This document shows positions 1 to 13,829 of a DNA stretch of 64,000 bases, in pieces. Origin of the DNA: Takakia lepidozioides (Eukaryota; Plantae; Bryophyta); NCBI GenBank assembly GCA_030704615.1, contig CM060734.1, positions 10,788,001 through 10,852,000 of the forward strand, written 5' to 3'. Position 1 is the stretch's first letter. Each line of letters begins with the position of its first letter. The translations under genes and the position numbers were made by a program. The notes below the pieces were generated by a model that did not search any database, was not told where the DNA came from, and worked only from the letters and a program-made list of their open reading frames with translations.

Positions 1-3000
1 ACCACCTTGGAAAAGAGTCAAAATGGAGAAGTAGGTACCTCAATGCCAAAACAAGTCTCGAGGCCAGTAGTGACCACAATGCCAAGGGGGTGCCAGGTGG
101 CAGATGCCTCTCACTGTTACGAAGAGATTTAAAAGCTGCTAACAGGCTTTGTAGTATGGTAACTCGACCAGAAATGTCAGCAGAATGAAAAGCCATAAAA
201 AGAACCTCCATGTGAAATAAAGATGGTAAAGCCCTTGCCACGGATAAGTCCACTACTTTCACAGCCCGAGATTTACTTATAATGAACTCTGCAAAACATT
301 TCCAGACTTCAAAAATCAAAGGGTCATTAGGTGGATCAGCCCCTCTTCTGGTGGAGCGACTAATGAGCAATTTTGCAAAGAGAATGCAACTCTTTGCCGA
401 GAGAGCACAGCCAAGATCTCCTTCCTTCAAAATCTGGCCAGCCAGATGCACTTCCAGAGCATCACATAGTGCATGCCTTACCACCAATGCATGGAGCAGA
501 TCAAATGAGCCTTTATGCAGCTGAGCTAAGAGATCTGAGCTTGCATCTTCCGAGTCAACAACCTCAAAATTTGGTACATTTGGGTCGGCAAGGCTGGATG
601 GCGAGAAGTGTATTTGCAATAACACGTCGAGGTGTTCATTTGATAGATGTCTACAGGCAATATCAAAAGTGGGTTGATGCCAAGTGGGACAAAACACACA
701 ATCTTTCAGAAAAATCATCACTTGGTAGGCTGCTTGAAGAGGTGTGTTGTCAAGAGCATCAAGCTTCTTTGCTGATGAACAGGGTGGCAGAAGTCCCTCT
801 GAATTCACAGAATGCCTACCCGACTCTGAAAATAGATCCCCGAAAAGGGCCTCATCTTCACTTGCCACAGTCACAGAATCCACTGATCCAACCACAGAAT
901 CCTCTTCACTGTGGACAGACGATGCTGTTTCCATTACAGACCCCTCTTTAAGACCTTGAGCATGAAGCAAACCTGTAATAGCTACCAGGTTATCCAGCCA
1001 CTGCCCATCACTTGGGAACACAGTCTCCATGTGCTCCTGTGGACTCCGCACTTGACTCAAATCAAACAACTTTGACCGAAGCTGGCAAGCAGGCAACGAC
1101 TTTGTCAAACGAACACCGCCACCTAGACTGGAAACCCAGTCTTGGCCTACAGATTGCTGTTGAAACCTCCAAGATCTACATGCATGGACATCTTGAAGAA
1201 GTCCTAACAGGTGGCTTATGACGTGCGGTGAAAATGCCAACGGTAGCTGTTGGCTTGAAAGAGAAGCATCTTGCCTACACTTTCCCACTTCCAGTATGTT
1301 CAGCATGGAAGCAACAACAAATGTCCTCAGATTATAAAACGTGTTTGGCTCTGAGAGCATAATATCTGCCAGCTCAAGAGTCCCTTCAATCAACGTCGGC
1401 AATGAGTACCCCTGATTTGGGTCCATTACATTTTCAGGCTCCAGGCTGCTGAACTCATAGGTGTGCTTGAAAAATAATGGCAAGGTAGCAGCCAATTCCA
1501 CCAACTTTGACAAGACCTCGTCTTTCAAGACCCCAGAGACACATACCCTTGATAAAGCCACCAGGACGTTCAGCAGGCTAGATACAAGAGCAATCCTGCC
1601 CTGGAATAACCGGTCTTCTTCCTCATTAGTGATATTCCCAACACCACTCAGCAATGCTTGGCACACAGCTAAGAGACGCGGAACGCATTGAGCTTGGACC
1701 ACAGCAAACTTCTGGGCTGTAGTTACCATATTGCTAGCTGGCTTCAACACCATCTGAGCCCGTTGTGCTTCCAAACTACTGCTGAACTCATGTAGTGGCA
1801 GTTCCTCACTGACCAGAAATGCCAGTATGTTCCTTGGTGACCCAGCTGCCTCAAGGTTGCGAGGGGTACCCTCCTCTATTCAAAAAGCACATGACAATAC
1901 AATAGACAATGTATTCAATTTCATGATAACCTCCTTGGCGCAGTAATATAGGACATGTTAATTAACCCTAACCTTGGAGCATTTAAAGTCACAGCATGCC
2001 TTGGCCACCATCAGAACCCAACAAATCCTACCACCAACAATAGATGCAAAGCATACAAAGAAACTACCTTTGACAGCCTGCTTCCCAACATCACTGTCAC
2101 TTTCTCCTGATACCCTGAATGAAGGAAGATTGAAAAAGGGAACCTCAGATGCCGCATCTCCCAATGACTTTAAAATAGTCAGTCCATGTTCCCTCGCCTT
2201 CCCTTCAACAATGGCTGTCTCCAGTAGTACCAAGAGCTTCTGTTGCATCTGGAGCCACTCCAGTATCCCTCAAGGTGAGAAGCAAATAGGCATTTCAAGG
2301 TAACAACATCATCAAAACAAGCATAAAACAAATGCAGATGTTCAATTAGCAAAAGGTCTTAAAATCTGACGCATCATTCAGTACGAATATTGTAACAATC
2401 ATAAATGAATATTCAAACAACAATTCACACAACGCTCAACTGAAACATGGTCAGTGAACAAGAGATGAAGATACTTCAACACTATCTGAGATTTTCTCTC
2501 TCTCTCTCCCTGGTGCTTGATGAATTCACTCTGTAGCCCTGATATATCCAATGCCCTGCCATTTTGCAGCTCTTGACTGCCTTGCTGACATTGGCCGTAG
2601 TAAAGAGAGAGAAGTGTAGGGGATTAGAGGTTATGGGAGAGGGAGTTTGGCTTGGGGAATGGTACAATGACTGGGCATACTCATGCCAGACGTGAATGTC
2701 AGTGATTGCAGGTGGGTCCTGTGAGGTTTAAGGAGGGACAAAAAAGAACAAGGAGAAAATCTGACTTTTGCAAGGAAAGTAGATTGCAGCTTGAGAGTGT
2801 AGGCTCTCTTTTTGGATCTAATGAGGGACTTCAGTGCTTGAGAGCTAGGTTTGTGGAATCTGGAGAGGAATGGATATCGAGGAGTAGAGATTTGATGTGA
2901 CGTCTAGCAACTTTGCATTCTTCGTCATAGAATGGTGCATATTTGACAGCGTTGTCACCCCGGCTGCCACTTATGGTTGTGACTTCTGGGCACCTGGTGT

Positions 3001-6000
3001 GCCAGTTTCCTGGTGGGAAAAGAATTTGGAACCATTGCAGTCATTTTTTCTCCAAGCAATGCTTGGCGCCAGAGGCACAACTCCATCTCACATCCGAGGT
3101 GCAGAGGTCGCATGCATGCCACTGCAAACCAAGGCCCTCTTCGGGCCTTACAATTTTTCTTCATAGGTTACAAGCCCTTCCACCCAAGGGGCTCGTGGCA
3201 AGAGCCCTCACAACATCTATTAGGCTCAAAACTGCAGGTTTCAAGCACTCGTGGTATGCTCGAGTGGACAGTTTTTTTGAGCGCGATGGACTCTCTATTG
3301 CTTCTTTATTACCAGTGAATCCAGAAGGAGTAGACATCACATCCAAACAGGATCGGAACAGACTGATTAGAAGGGAGCTTATGGAACTACATGTCAGGAA
3401 AACTTGGAAGCTAGCCAATCTCACGACAAAGCTCCATTTCTATCGAGAGACAGAAATCGCTCCAAGAACTTCAGTCATGCTCTGTTAACGCAAGAAATGA
3501 AGTCGAAAGAGCAGTGGACTCTTGGGAGAGTTTCGTTTCCTCCGTGGCTGACAAGATCATTGGGAGGAAACTAATTGTCTGCGGTAGAGCAGTTAATTGG
3601 TGGACTAATGAGATTAAACTCAAGATAGCTGAGAGACGAGCCCTCTATAAAGAGTGCTGCAATTTGGAAACCAACAGAGAATTGTGGGCGAGGTACTACC
3701 AGCTCCGTAAAGATATCAATCAGCTTGTTAGGTCTCAGAAGAAATTATACTGGGACAAGTTATACAGTGAAATAAACTCAAACTACCATGGTGGTAATGA
3801 CAAGAAATTCTGGTTGGCCCTTCAACGTTTGTACAAACCGAAAAACGGTCAGCAAGTACAAGCGCTGAAGACTACTAAAGGTGCAGTGGTGACTTCATCG
3901 GTTGACATTGTCAAAACCTTTGAAACTCACTACAGTATCCTTGGCAGAACTTCTAGGTCTAACAGTGAGGGGTCTTCTGCTGAATGGAGGGACACAGTTG
4001 GAAAAACTGTTCCTATGATTCAAAACAGCCCTGATGAACTGGAGTATATTTCAATGGCTTATAATGCTCCCATTAGTTCTTCTAAGATTGTGGAAGCAAT
4101 TGAACATTTAAATGGATATAAAGCTGGTGGACCTGATGGTATTGTCAACGAGCTTATCAAGCACGGTGGCGATCCCATGATAGAGGCCCTAGTTCTCCTC
4201 TTTAACCTTATCTGGAAGACTGAAATGATCCCCTTTCGCTGGCGAAAGGGGGTCATTGTCAATCTATACAAGAAGGGTGACAGAGAAGAACCGGGGAACT
4301 ACCGTGGCATCACGCTCCTCAATGCTGTTGGCAAGACATTCTGCAGAGTTATAAGTACTCGTCTCGAGGTTGATCTGGAGTCTAGAGGTTGTTTCCACGA
4401 AGGCCAAGCTGGCTTTCGGCGAAACAGGGGCTGTGTGGATCATATCTTCACTCTAAGCCAGATTATCCAGGGAAGGAAAAAAGAAGGGAAACCCACTTAT
4501 GTCTTTTTCCTGGATGTCAAAAAGGCTTATGTGACAGTGTGGAGAGATGGCCTATGGTTCCGCCTCTGGTCTTGTGGGATCAAGGGAAAGATGTGGAGAG
4601 TTGTCCACAACTTGTATGCTCACACCAAAAGCTGTGTCACTGTTAACGGACAGAAGTCCAACTTCTTTGACATAGACCAAGGTGTAGCTCAAGGATGTAC
4701 TCTCTCCCCTCTGCTCTTCAATGTTTTCATCAATCAACTCCTCGAGGATGTGGAAAGTGAGGGATTTGGGTTAAGGGTGGGTGATACCACCATACCAGCC
4801 CTTATGTTTGCGGATGACTTCGCAGGCATAGGGGAGACTCCAACCAATCTCCAGGAGTTGATTGATTGCGCGAAGAGATACTTTGATCTTTGGGGGCTAG
4901 AGGCTAATGTCAGCAAATGTGCAGTGGTAGCATTCAACGACAGAGGAGAGGGAGGAAGTGATCTTAAGTGGCAGTGGGGTAGCCAAGAGATCCCGGTCCT
5001 CCCTTCCTACACTTACCTGGGCGTTGAGTTCTCCTCCAATTGTAATTGGGATGCACATATCCGGAAAGTTGTTCAAACTGGCAAGGGCAAAGCTCTGGGG
5101 CTCACTAAATTTTTCCACTGCAGAGGGGTCAACTCTGAGGTCAAGAAAACCATGCTTTGTCGCGTTATTAGACCTGCCTTGGAGTACGGATCTGCTATAT
5201 GGGTTGATAACTCCAACCAGGCTAAGTCTCTAGAATCCATTCAAGTGGGGGTGCTTAAGGAGTGTATGTCAGCATGCTCCAAAACAGCCAATGTGGCTGT
5301 TCGGGGTGAGTTTGGCATTCCGTCCTTAAGCTCCCGACGAGATGAATTCAAGGTCAGATGGTGGGGTCAGCTGCAACATATGCCCAACACCAGATATCCT
5401 AAGTTAATCGACTCTATATCTTGGAAACAGGACCGCCCTGTCAAACAGGCTAAGTCCTGGCAGAAGAGAGTAGAAGAGATCCTCAAGGACCTGGACCTGG
5501 ATCCGCAAGTCTTGACCCTGCTGGATAAATCTGACTTAGAGGCTGTCGTGTCCTCAGCCATGTCTGTTGCCATGAGATTGTCTGATGAAAATGAAGTTAG
5601 GCAGAAAACTTCCCTGAACTTGTTTCCAGTCTGTGACGTGGGGGAGGACATCTTGGATGACCTCAAGGGTCTACCCACTCTCGGCACTAGACTGAAATTT
5701 AAACTCAGGGCAGGAAGCCTACCTTTGAACAGCAAACAGAAGCAGAGAGGAAAGGGAGAGTGCAATTGCCCGTTGTGTGGGCAATCTGAAGACAGTATTC
5801 ATTTTCTGATACACTGTCCGGGGTTCTCTCACCAAAGAGACGCTCTCTTCAAATCTATTAAGGGAATTGTGCCTGTACCCCTGTTTACCAACTTTGAAAG
5901 TCTCGAGGCTGAGCCAAAAGCCCAGGCCCTCCTGAGGCCTAGTTTTTGGGCAAATCACACACAGCAGATTGATGCTTGTGTGAAGGGATTTCTAGAGGAT

Positions 6001-9000
6001 ATCTGGAAAACCCGGATTAATTCTTTATATGGAGGTAAGTCTTACTACCAACGTCAGCCCCTGACAGAGGTAGGTTCTGTCCCTTTTGTTCCCGCTCAAA
6101 CTGGGCGCGGGGTCAATGGCCACAAGGCTACGGCAAACAACGTCTTATGAGTACAATCTCTCTCTTCTCTCTCTCTCTCTCACACACAGCTTTCTGTGCT
6201 TTCCGTGGATGTTATAAAGCACCATTTCATTTCATTTCTCTCTCTCTCACACACACACTCTCCCTGTCCTCTAGGAAGCCCATTGCCATTGGGTGGACTT
6301 GATATGGGAGTAGATAAATGTCTCTGTGACTAAATGCCAGCCTTGTGACCTCGTGTCTTGGTTTGTTTTGACCTGAAGCACTCTGCTTCAGGTAAGGTAG
6401 TGCAGTGGAGTTAGTTGGAGAGTATGGGGCCTCTCCCTCTTTAGAATATGTCTACGCGGACCATTCCCTGCAGCTCCTTTGGAGTGTGATCTCTGAATGG
6501 TAACAAGCGGACCCCTACCGCTTGGGGGCAGCCCCTCCGCCCAATATGGGCAGTTGTATGCTCTGTCTAGCATGCTCAGCACTTGGGCTAGGGTTGGTCT
6601 TTGTGCTTAAACGTATAGCCTGCGAAATCAATCAGTATATCATACCATGTCGAAAACAACACTCCCCAGGGTGATTCCTGGGAATTGGTTACTTATGCCA
6701 AATCTCCCTCGACTGGCTGGAGACCGGTCTTAGACATTGGTGATTCAATGAGGCACTCTAGGAAGACAACCAAGGGTGGGGACTTCAACTTAAAAGTTTC
6801 TAACCGGTTTGATGCCCTGGATGAGGTTGATACCAAGCAGCCAGACAGACTAGCTGGCCCTAAGTGTGCTGAGCCCGAGCGTTGTGTGACTGAAGGATAT
6901 GGCACTCTGAATGCTTTGCCAATCCTTAAAGTTTACACAAGACTAGCAAAATCTACACACGGGGTAATTGTCCCCCCTATGCAGAAACGCAACCAATCCA
7001 TCTGCAAAGGGCTGGCTTGCGGCTGGGCACTTTCAACTTCTCAGGGCTGACTAACCAAAGGAAACAATTTGAAGTGGGACAAGTTCTTCAGGCAAATGGA
7101 TGTATTCACATCTGCGCTGGGCAAGAGACATGGAAAACTTCGGACAAACTGCTTAGATGTCAATGGTTATAGATGGTTAGGTGAGCTGTGTGCACTTAAG
7201 GCAGCCTCTGCCAAGCATGGTTAAAAAGGTGATGGCTTCTTCGTCCGTGATGTCTTGTGTGACAATTGCGAAATTATCAACAAGGGTTTGTGGTATGAGC
7301 ACAGTATCTGGCTGAAACTGAAATTGAAGGGCGGCTTGAGCACAAAGGACCTATTTGTGGGTTGTTTTTACATGCCCACAGAGGGGACCCTTAGTGCCGA
7401 CGCAGACAAAGCCTTCGAAGACGTAACGCTGGAGTGTGCTAAGATCCTCGCCAAAGGTTAGGTGGTCTTATTGGGTAACTTCAATGCCCAGGTGGGTAAA
7501 GGTCTTCATCAGGATGATCCCATTGGGCCTTTTGGTGAGGACAAGCTGAATTCCAATGGAGGACGGTTAATAAACTGTCTGGAAGAACTTCAGCTTTTGA
7601 CCTTGAAAAATAGGTCAAAAGAAGACCAAGTGCAGTGGACTCATGAGAAAGCCCAGACTGGGAAACGATCCATTGTGGATTATATCATAGTGGACAAGAA
7701 TTTGTTTCCCCAGAGTGCCAATGTGTTGATCGACAGAACTGATATTGGTACCTATAACCACTTCCTGGTTTGGACTGAGATCAAAAGGTGTTTTCCCAAC
7801 ACCACGAGATCTGTGAAACGTTTGATTCGGAAGTGGCGCATAGAAAAATTCCAAAATGAAGAGGTCCAAGCTGAGTATGTCCAGGCCTTGCAAGAGGCTC
7901 TCCCTCACTTTGTCCATTCGCTCCAAGATCTTCAGTCTCACTCTGGCAATGCAAGAAATGAAGTCGAAAGAGAAGTGGATCCTTGGGCGAGTTTTGTCTC
8001 CTCTGTGGCTGACAAGATCATTGGGAGGAAACTAATTGTCTGCGGTAGAGATGTTAATTGGTGGACCAATGAGATCAAACTCAAGATAGCCGAGAGACGA
8101 GTCGTCTATAAAGAGTGCTGCAATTTGAAAGCCAACAAAGAATTGTGGGCTAGGTACTACCAGATCCACGAAGATATCAATCAGCTTGTAAGGTCTCAGA
8201 AGAAATTATACCGGGACAAGTTACACAGTGAAATAAACTCAAACCACCATGGTGGACGAGATTCTGGTTGGCCCGTCAACGTCTGTACAAGCCAAAAAAT
8301 TGTCAGCAAGTACAAGCGCTGCGGACTACTAAGGGTGCAGTGGTGACTTCAATGGTTGACATTGTCAAAACCTTTGAAACCCACTACAGTATCCTTGGCA
8401 GAAATTCTAGGTCTAACAGTGAGGGGTCTTCGTAAGAAGAATAGGACACAGTTGAAAAAACTGTTCCTATGATTCAAGGCAGCCCTGATGAACTGGAGTA
8501 TATTTCAAAGGGTTACACCGCTCCCATTAGTTCTTCTGAGTGTGGATCATATCTTCACTCTAAACCAGATTATCCAGGGAACAAAAAAGAAGGGAAACCC
8601 ACTTTTGTCTTTTTCTTGGATGTCAAAAAGGCTTATGACTTAGTGTGGAGAGATGGTCTATGGCTCCGACTCTGGTCATCTGGGATCAAGGGAAAGATGT
8701 CGAGAGTGGTCCAAAACTTGTATGCTCACACCAAAAACTGTGTCGCCATTAATGGACAGAAGTCTAACTTCTTTGACATAGACCAAGGTGTAGCTCAAGG
8801 ATGTACCCCTCTCCCCTCTGCTCTTCAATGTGAAAATCCATCAACTCCTCGAGGATGTGAAAAGTGAGGGATTCGGGTTAAGGGTGGGTGATGCCACCAT
8901 ACCAGCCCTTATGTTTGCCGATGACTTCGCAGGCATAGGGGAGACTCCATCCAATCTGCAGGAGTTGATTGATTGCGCGAAGAGATACTTTGACCTTTGG

Positions 9001-11188
9001 AGGAGGCTAACGTCAGTAAATGCGCAGTGGTCGCATTCAACGACCAAGGGGAGGGAGGAGGCGATCTCAAGTGGCAGTGGGGAAGCCAAGAGATTCCGGT
9101 CCTCCCTTCCTACACATACCTTGACGTTGAGTTTTCCTCCAACTGTAATTGGGATGCACACATTCAAAAAGTTGTTCAATCTGGCAAGCGCAAAGCGTTG
9201 GGTCTCACAAAAAAAATCCACTGCAGAGGGATCAACTCTGAAGTAAAAAAAACCATGCTTTGCCGCGTTATTAGGCCTGCCTTGGAGTACGCATGGGTAG
9301 TGTGGGTTGATAACTCCAACCAGGCTAAGTCTCTAGAATCTGGGGGTGCTTAAGGAGTGCATGTCAGCATCCTCCAAAACAGCCAATGTGGCGTTCGGGG
9401 TGAGTTTGGCATCCCTCCCTTAAGCTCCCGACGAGAAGAATTCAAGGTCAGATGGTGGGGTCACACGCATCACTAATATCAGATATCCTAACGTAATCGA
9501 CTCTATATCTTGGAAGCAGGATCGCCCTATCTACTTACCTTGGAACAGAAGTTTTCCAGATATCTTCTAGAAATCCCTTTACACAAGCATCGATCTGCTG
9601 TGTGTGGTTTGCCCAATAACTAGGCCCCAAAAGAGCCTGGGCTTTTGGCTCAGCCTCGAGACTTTCAAAGTTGGTAAATATAGGTACAGGCACAATTCCC
9701 TCGATGGATTTGAAGAGTGCGTCTCTCTGGTTAGAGTACCCAGGACAATGAATCAGAAAATGAATATTGTCTTCAGGTTGTCCACACAACGGGCATTAGC
9801 AATCCCCCTTTCCTCTCTGCTTCTGTTTGCTGTTCAAAGGTAGGCTTCCCGCCCTGAGTTTTAATTTCAGTCTAGTGCCGAGAGTGGGTAAAACCTTGAG
9901 GTCATATGATGGCCTCCCCCATGTCACAGACTGGAAACAAGTTCAGGGAAGTTTTCTGTCTAACTTCATTTTCATCAGACAATTTCCTGGCAACAGACAT
10001 GGCTTTGGACACTACAGCCTCTTAAGTCAGATTTATCCAGCAGGGTCAAGACTTCCGTACTTAGATTCTCTTCTACCCTCTTCCGCTGGCGTCACTCCTG
10101 GCAAAGGTAGTTTCTGTCCCTTTGTGTTCCTTCAAACTGGGCGCGGGGTAATGGCCACAAGGCTACGGCGAACAACGTCTTATGAGTACAGTCTCTCTCT
10201 CTCTCACACACACACAACAGTTACACTGCACAATCACTAAGAACTAGTACCCTGAAATATACAAGAATCATTGAGCCATCATCTTTATTTATTTATGTTA
10301 TTTAAAATGTCCCATCACATCTACAATATTTGCACAATTGAACCTCTAAGTCACAAACCATTTGTTGTATCCAGAACAGAAGATTCGATTCTGAACGTGG
10401 TCAGAAACCTTGTAAGCACCAAGCAAGTCATCACATAGGAATCAATACACATAACCCAGACCTGCAAGGCAACACCCTGCCAAGAAAACTTGTGTGAACC
10501 CAAGCTTCATGTGCAGGTGGAACAATAGACGCAAACCTCTGGGTGCAAAAAAATGGCAGTATTTCCATGGCACTGGAGGGCACTGGTCTCCAGGCCTTGT
10601 AGACAAATCTCAACGGTCAGTCTGTAGATCTGTTCCACAGCCTCTTTCTCTCCTCCTTCTGCCATACATAACAATCAATGGACGAAGAGGAATGAATCCC
10701 GTTAGGTTTACCCTAATTCCCTTCAAACTCATCTTTTGGAATGCAATAGACATAGGTTATAGAAGCAGCTAACCATCTCAGCGCCCCAACTCCACCCGAC
10801 TCTCTCTGTACAACCATGTACACGGGCACATAGCCCAGATGACCTATCTGCCCCCGAAAATTTCCTCTTCCAATATGTTTCCAAGTGCAGCACCTATGTC
10901 TCTCAAACGAGTCCAACTTCCCCAAAGACAGCAACATAATGAAACAGAGATTGACCCACAACCTGCAATCAAATCGCAGGATGCGCACAGCACGGCATCC
11001 ACAATTGCAAGCCCGAAATCCAGCTGCTGCTCGCTCCATTTGTAGATGCCACCGCCCTCCACATCCAGTCCCTGTCTCAGAACCGATTCAAGCTGATGCA
11101 ATCCCGCCTGCACCTCACTCTCCGAAAGCCGTTGGAGCAACCCACCCCGCTGCTCTAGCACCTCCACCAGCTTCTGAAACGTCGCCAT
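1..11188 (-). CDS. BIG: Auxin transport protein BIG / UBR4-type giant E3 ligase, N-terminal part (gene runs off the left edge). Exons: 11188-10963, 10658-10537, 2248-2068, 1875-<1
   Basis: Manual minus-strand translation; four exons join in phase at GT-AG sites (…DLIA|EGGEKEAVEQIYRLTVEICLQGLE…LHPE|MQQKLLVLLETAIVEG…QAVK|EEGTPRN…). Exon 4 reads open in the stretches translated and contains SEDEALFGDLFSESGR, PLQAAYQVMIFLKDCVFCPTW and ALPSLFHMEVLFMAFH, recalled as matching Arabidopsis BIG (HDDEALFGNLFSEG; LPSAFHIEILLMAFH). It is absent from the ORF track, consistent with no stop inside the window. Confidence 0.92.
2900..3456 (+). mobile_element. Degenerate LINE fragment (post-RT region), different from the neighbouring LINE family
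   Basis: FDSVVTPAATYGCDFW…LEPLQSFFLQAMLGARGTTPSHI…EVACMPL resembles the region downstream of LINE RT; frameshifted. Confidence 0.6.
3457..6190 (+). mobile_element. 5'-truncated LINE (copy 1) in BIG intron; uninterrupted 878-aa RT ORF with C-terminal CCHC finger and (TC)n(AC)n tail
   Basis: ORF 3514-6150: KAGGPDGI, NYRGITLL, QAGFR, GVAQGCTLSPLLF, MFADD, YTYLG, CPLCGQSEDSIHFLIHCP. Lacks the endonuclease; a microsatellite starts a few nt after the stop. Confidence 0.95.
6600..10215 (+). mobile_element. Near-full-length decayed LINE (copy 2, same family): APE endonuclease and RT remnants, internal deletion and internal inversion
   Basis: Endonuclease motifs GCFYMP, LLGNFNA, SIVDYIIV, NHFLVW (7255-7800). 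Collinear with copy 1 from 7920. About 350 bp of RT is missing at ~8540, and 9535-10105 is the reverse complement of the copy-1 3' region. Ends AACGTCTTATGAGTACA plus microsatellite. 5' boundary approximate. Confidence 0.9.
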
Positions 11189-11288
11189 ATATTTCAAGCA
11201 CCCATCATCTGTGTGCACAACAATTTGATGTGCAATTTGTGCCACAGACTCAACATAAAGCTGGTACGATGATCAGATGGGTGTGCCT

Positions 11289-12130
11289 CTAAAGAACAGC
11301 GTGGGCAGAGGATGGGCCAGGCAGGGAAAGGCCAACCACCTCGGCTGCAATACACCTAGGTAGTCCCACTGTAGTTACCAGCAGCTCTACCTCGCATCAA
11401 CCTTCCTTCTCACACAACCCAGATCATAAAGTTACACATCCCACCACCTTCTCCAGATGGAATGCCCTGCCGAGATCTGGACGGTTGAATTTCTCTGTCG
11501 GTGCACCAGAGAATCCACGTTTCTATTGTTTCGACTGGTAGATTGAGTAATTAGGCCAAATTCCCTCATTATTCAAACCTTTCTTTACACCGAAGAGACT
11601 ACGCTTACCCAACGAGTTTAGTTCGAGCGTGCAAACCTGACAACACGGACGTCCGGACGCCGGCTCGGACGGCAGGCTGGGGGCCGCGTCAAATCCCCTC
11701 CCCTTGTCAAACCCTCCCCGCCTGCCGCTCTCAGGACCCCAACCCACCCCTGGGCCCGACCGGCCCCCAGCCCGCTCGCTCCCCTTGCCGCCCGCTTACC
11801 TCGCCTCCCCCGATTGCCAGAGCGGCCCCGCCTTCCTTGGCCCCCGGCTCCCCACCTCGTTATATACTCCGCGCCTGCCTTTCGACACTCGATCTCTCGG
11901 GTAGCTCACTGGTCGTCCCGCGCATCTGCCTGTGAGCAGCTCCCCGGTTCGATCTCGGGCCCGTGCCCTAAAATTCTTCCGCTCCTCTACGCACGCCGCT
12001 CCGCTCCCCGTCCCCCTCCACCTCCCGCTCCCCTCCTGCACAACCTGCGCACCTCCCGCTCCCACCGGCCTTCGCTCCCTTCCTGCTCCGCTCCCCGGTC
12101 CCCTTCTTCCATACACGTGGCTGGTCACCG
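11289..12130 (-). promoter_or_regulatory. Probable 5'UTR intron (11799-11289), non-coding first exon and GC-rich promoter of BIG
   Basis: Minus-strand donor GAG|GTAAGC at 11799, acceptor TTCTTTAG at 11289, CpG-rich tract 11640-12130 and a G-box CACGTG near 12115. Confidence 0.55.
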
Positions 12131-12659
12131 TTGTTAAGCATCCTATACATGGCGAGGAAACGTCCTATGGTCGCAGGGTAGATGCAGGGTAAGATGGACC
12201 AAAATTAGCGTCACCGACACAGTTTTCGGTGACTGTCGTGCATGATATCATGAATTGCTTTGAATAGAATCAATAATGTTGAGAAACATTTTCCATGCTG
12301 AATTCTTAACTTCAATATCTACCTATATCAACCGTCAAATTGTCAATCAAATAAAATGTCCAAGAGGTATGGACTTTTGAACACGACAACTGTGGACTGT
12401 CACCACTGCAAATGGAAATATATGGACTCAAAATAAGCCATTGTGCCTTTGGTGTATTACTTTGAACTTTGGAGGTAAGGGGTCTCTAGATTTCAAATTA
12501 AAATGACAATATCAGCTGTCATTTACTACCTATGGATTAATATGAGTGTTATATATAGGTGGATTTGTTCTAGTTTAGTACATCTTGTGTTTTGGGCTTT
12601 TGAGGTGTCATATTTTACTGCAAATGATACCAAAAAAAAATTATCCCACTCACGAACAT

Positions 12660-12780
12660 TAACTAACTCCCTTTACGCAAGGGGCCAGTCTCCTGATACA
12701 ACTCACAAGAGTAGTTGTCTATTTTGCAAGTTTTGGCAACCACCGCGTCCACCAAGCGGCTGATGGAATCTTCGGACAAA
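12660..12780 (-). repeat. Isolated copy of the Gypsy gag-protease linker found at 19505-19625
   Basis: TTTACGCAAGGGGCCAGTCTCCTGATACAACTCACAAGAGTAGTTG…CCACCAAGCGGCTGATGGAATCTTC is shared at both positions. Confidence 0.85.
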
Positions 12781-13775
12781 GACTGGACTTTGCATCACAG
12801 GGAGTTAATGATTGAGTTTGTTAGCAATTTCGATTCCATGATAGACACTACGATAGTGAAGGGCGTGGTTATACGACTCACTCCAGAGAGGCTGCAGGAA
12901 GTTTTTGAGCTGCCAATATATAGGGAAACAACCTGATAGGGAAGAACTGGAGGAGTTGCAGATTTCAGACTTGTTTGAGAAGGGAGCTTTTTCTGTTATT
13001 CAAAAATACACATGCACGAAGTCAAAGTATTCTGGTTTGAGAGATGTGGGTCAAATGCTTATTGTTTTGTTTAACATGAAGCACAATCAAATGTATCTCA
13101 GCAAAACTTTCGTGGAAAAAATCATCAGGGCTCTGAAACGGGAAGATGTGTTGTGGGCCGAGATGATGCACAAAGGGTTAGTGAAGGAGTTGAAGACACT
13201 TCAGGAGAAGAAGCCCAGTAGTAAACCCCCAATCATTGTTTCTGCACCTGTGATTGCCCATCTCATCATGGCTTCGTGCCAACTCTCTGTGAAGGAACGC
13301 AAGGCCATGGGCGAGCTTGTCATGCCAACCACTGTGAAGGTGGATTGGAGGGACAGGGTAAGACAAAGCGTCAGAAGACAACATCTTTCACGCCAAATAC
13401 AAGACCACAACCACATGTGATCGACTTGGTCGAAGAAGACAGTCTGGTGGGTGAGGAACAAGTGGGCGCAGTTCTTGAGGTGATGGTCACACAGCCACAG
13501 AGTTCCTTACAACGGGGTAAGGCTCACCAGATGGCTACATGGGAAAAAGATGTCAATTCGCAGCCACAGCCATCACAGCAAGATACTCGGGTTACCGTTG
13601 AGGGTTCAGTTTTGGATCTTGACCCTCTCTCTACAAGGCTGGCGGATTTTATTCCTACTTGTGAGCAGATTCAAGTAGAGATTGCCAGTGGAGATCTCAT
13701 ATATGAGACGGTTCCCTTCAAAGACAGTCTGAACTTGCAGACCCCATTCAACACAACATCAACCCCACATTGACA
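12780..13775 (+). pseudogene. Broken ORF resembling plant retrotransposon accessory proteins
   Basis: Three frameshifted segments (IEFVSNF…VKGVVIRLTPERLQEVFELP; DVLWAEMMHKGLVKEL…SAPVIAHLI); the family resemblance is weak. Confidence 0.4.
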
Positions 13776-13829
13776 AGACAGAAAAATTGCCATACACGAT
13801 CAAAATACAAACATCAGGAAACTATAAGT

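Noticed and set aside
282-1691. Plus-strand ORFs
   Set aside because: Antisense shadows of the long BIG exon.
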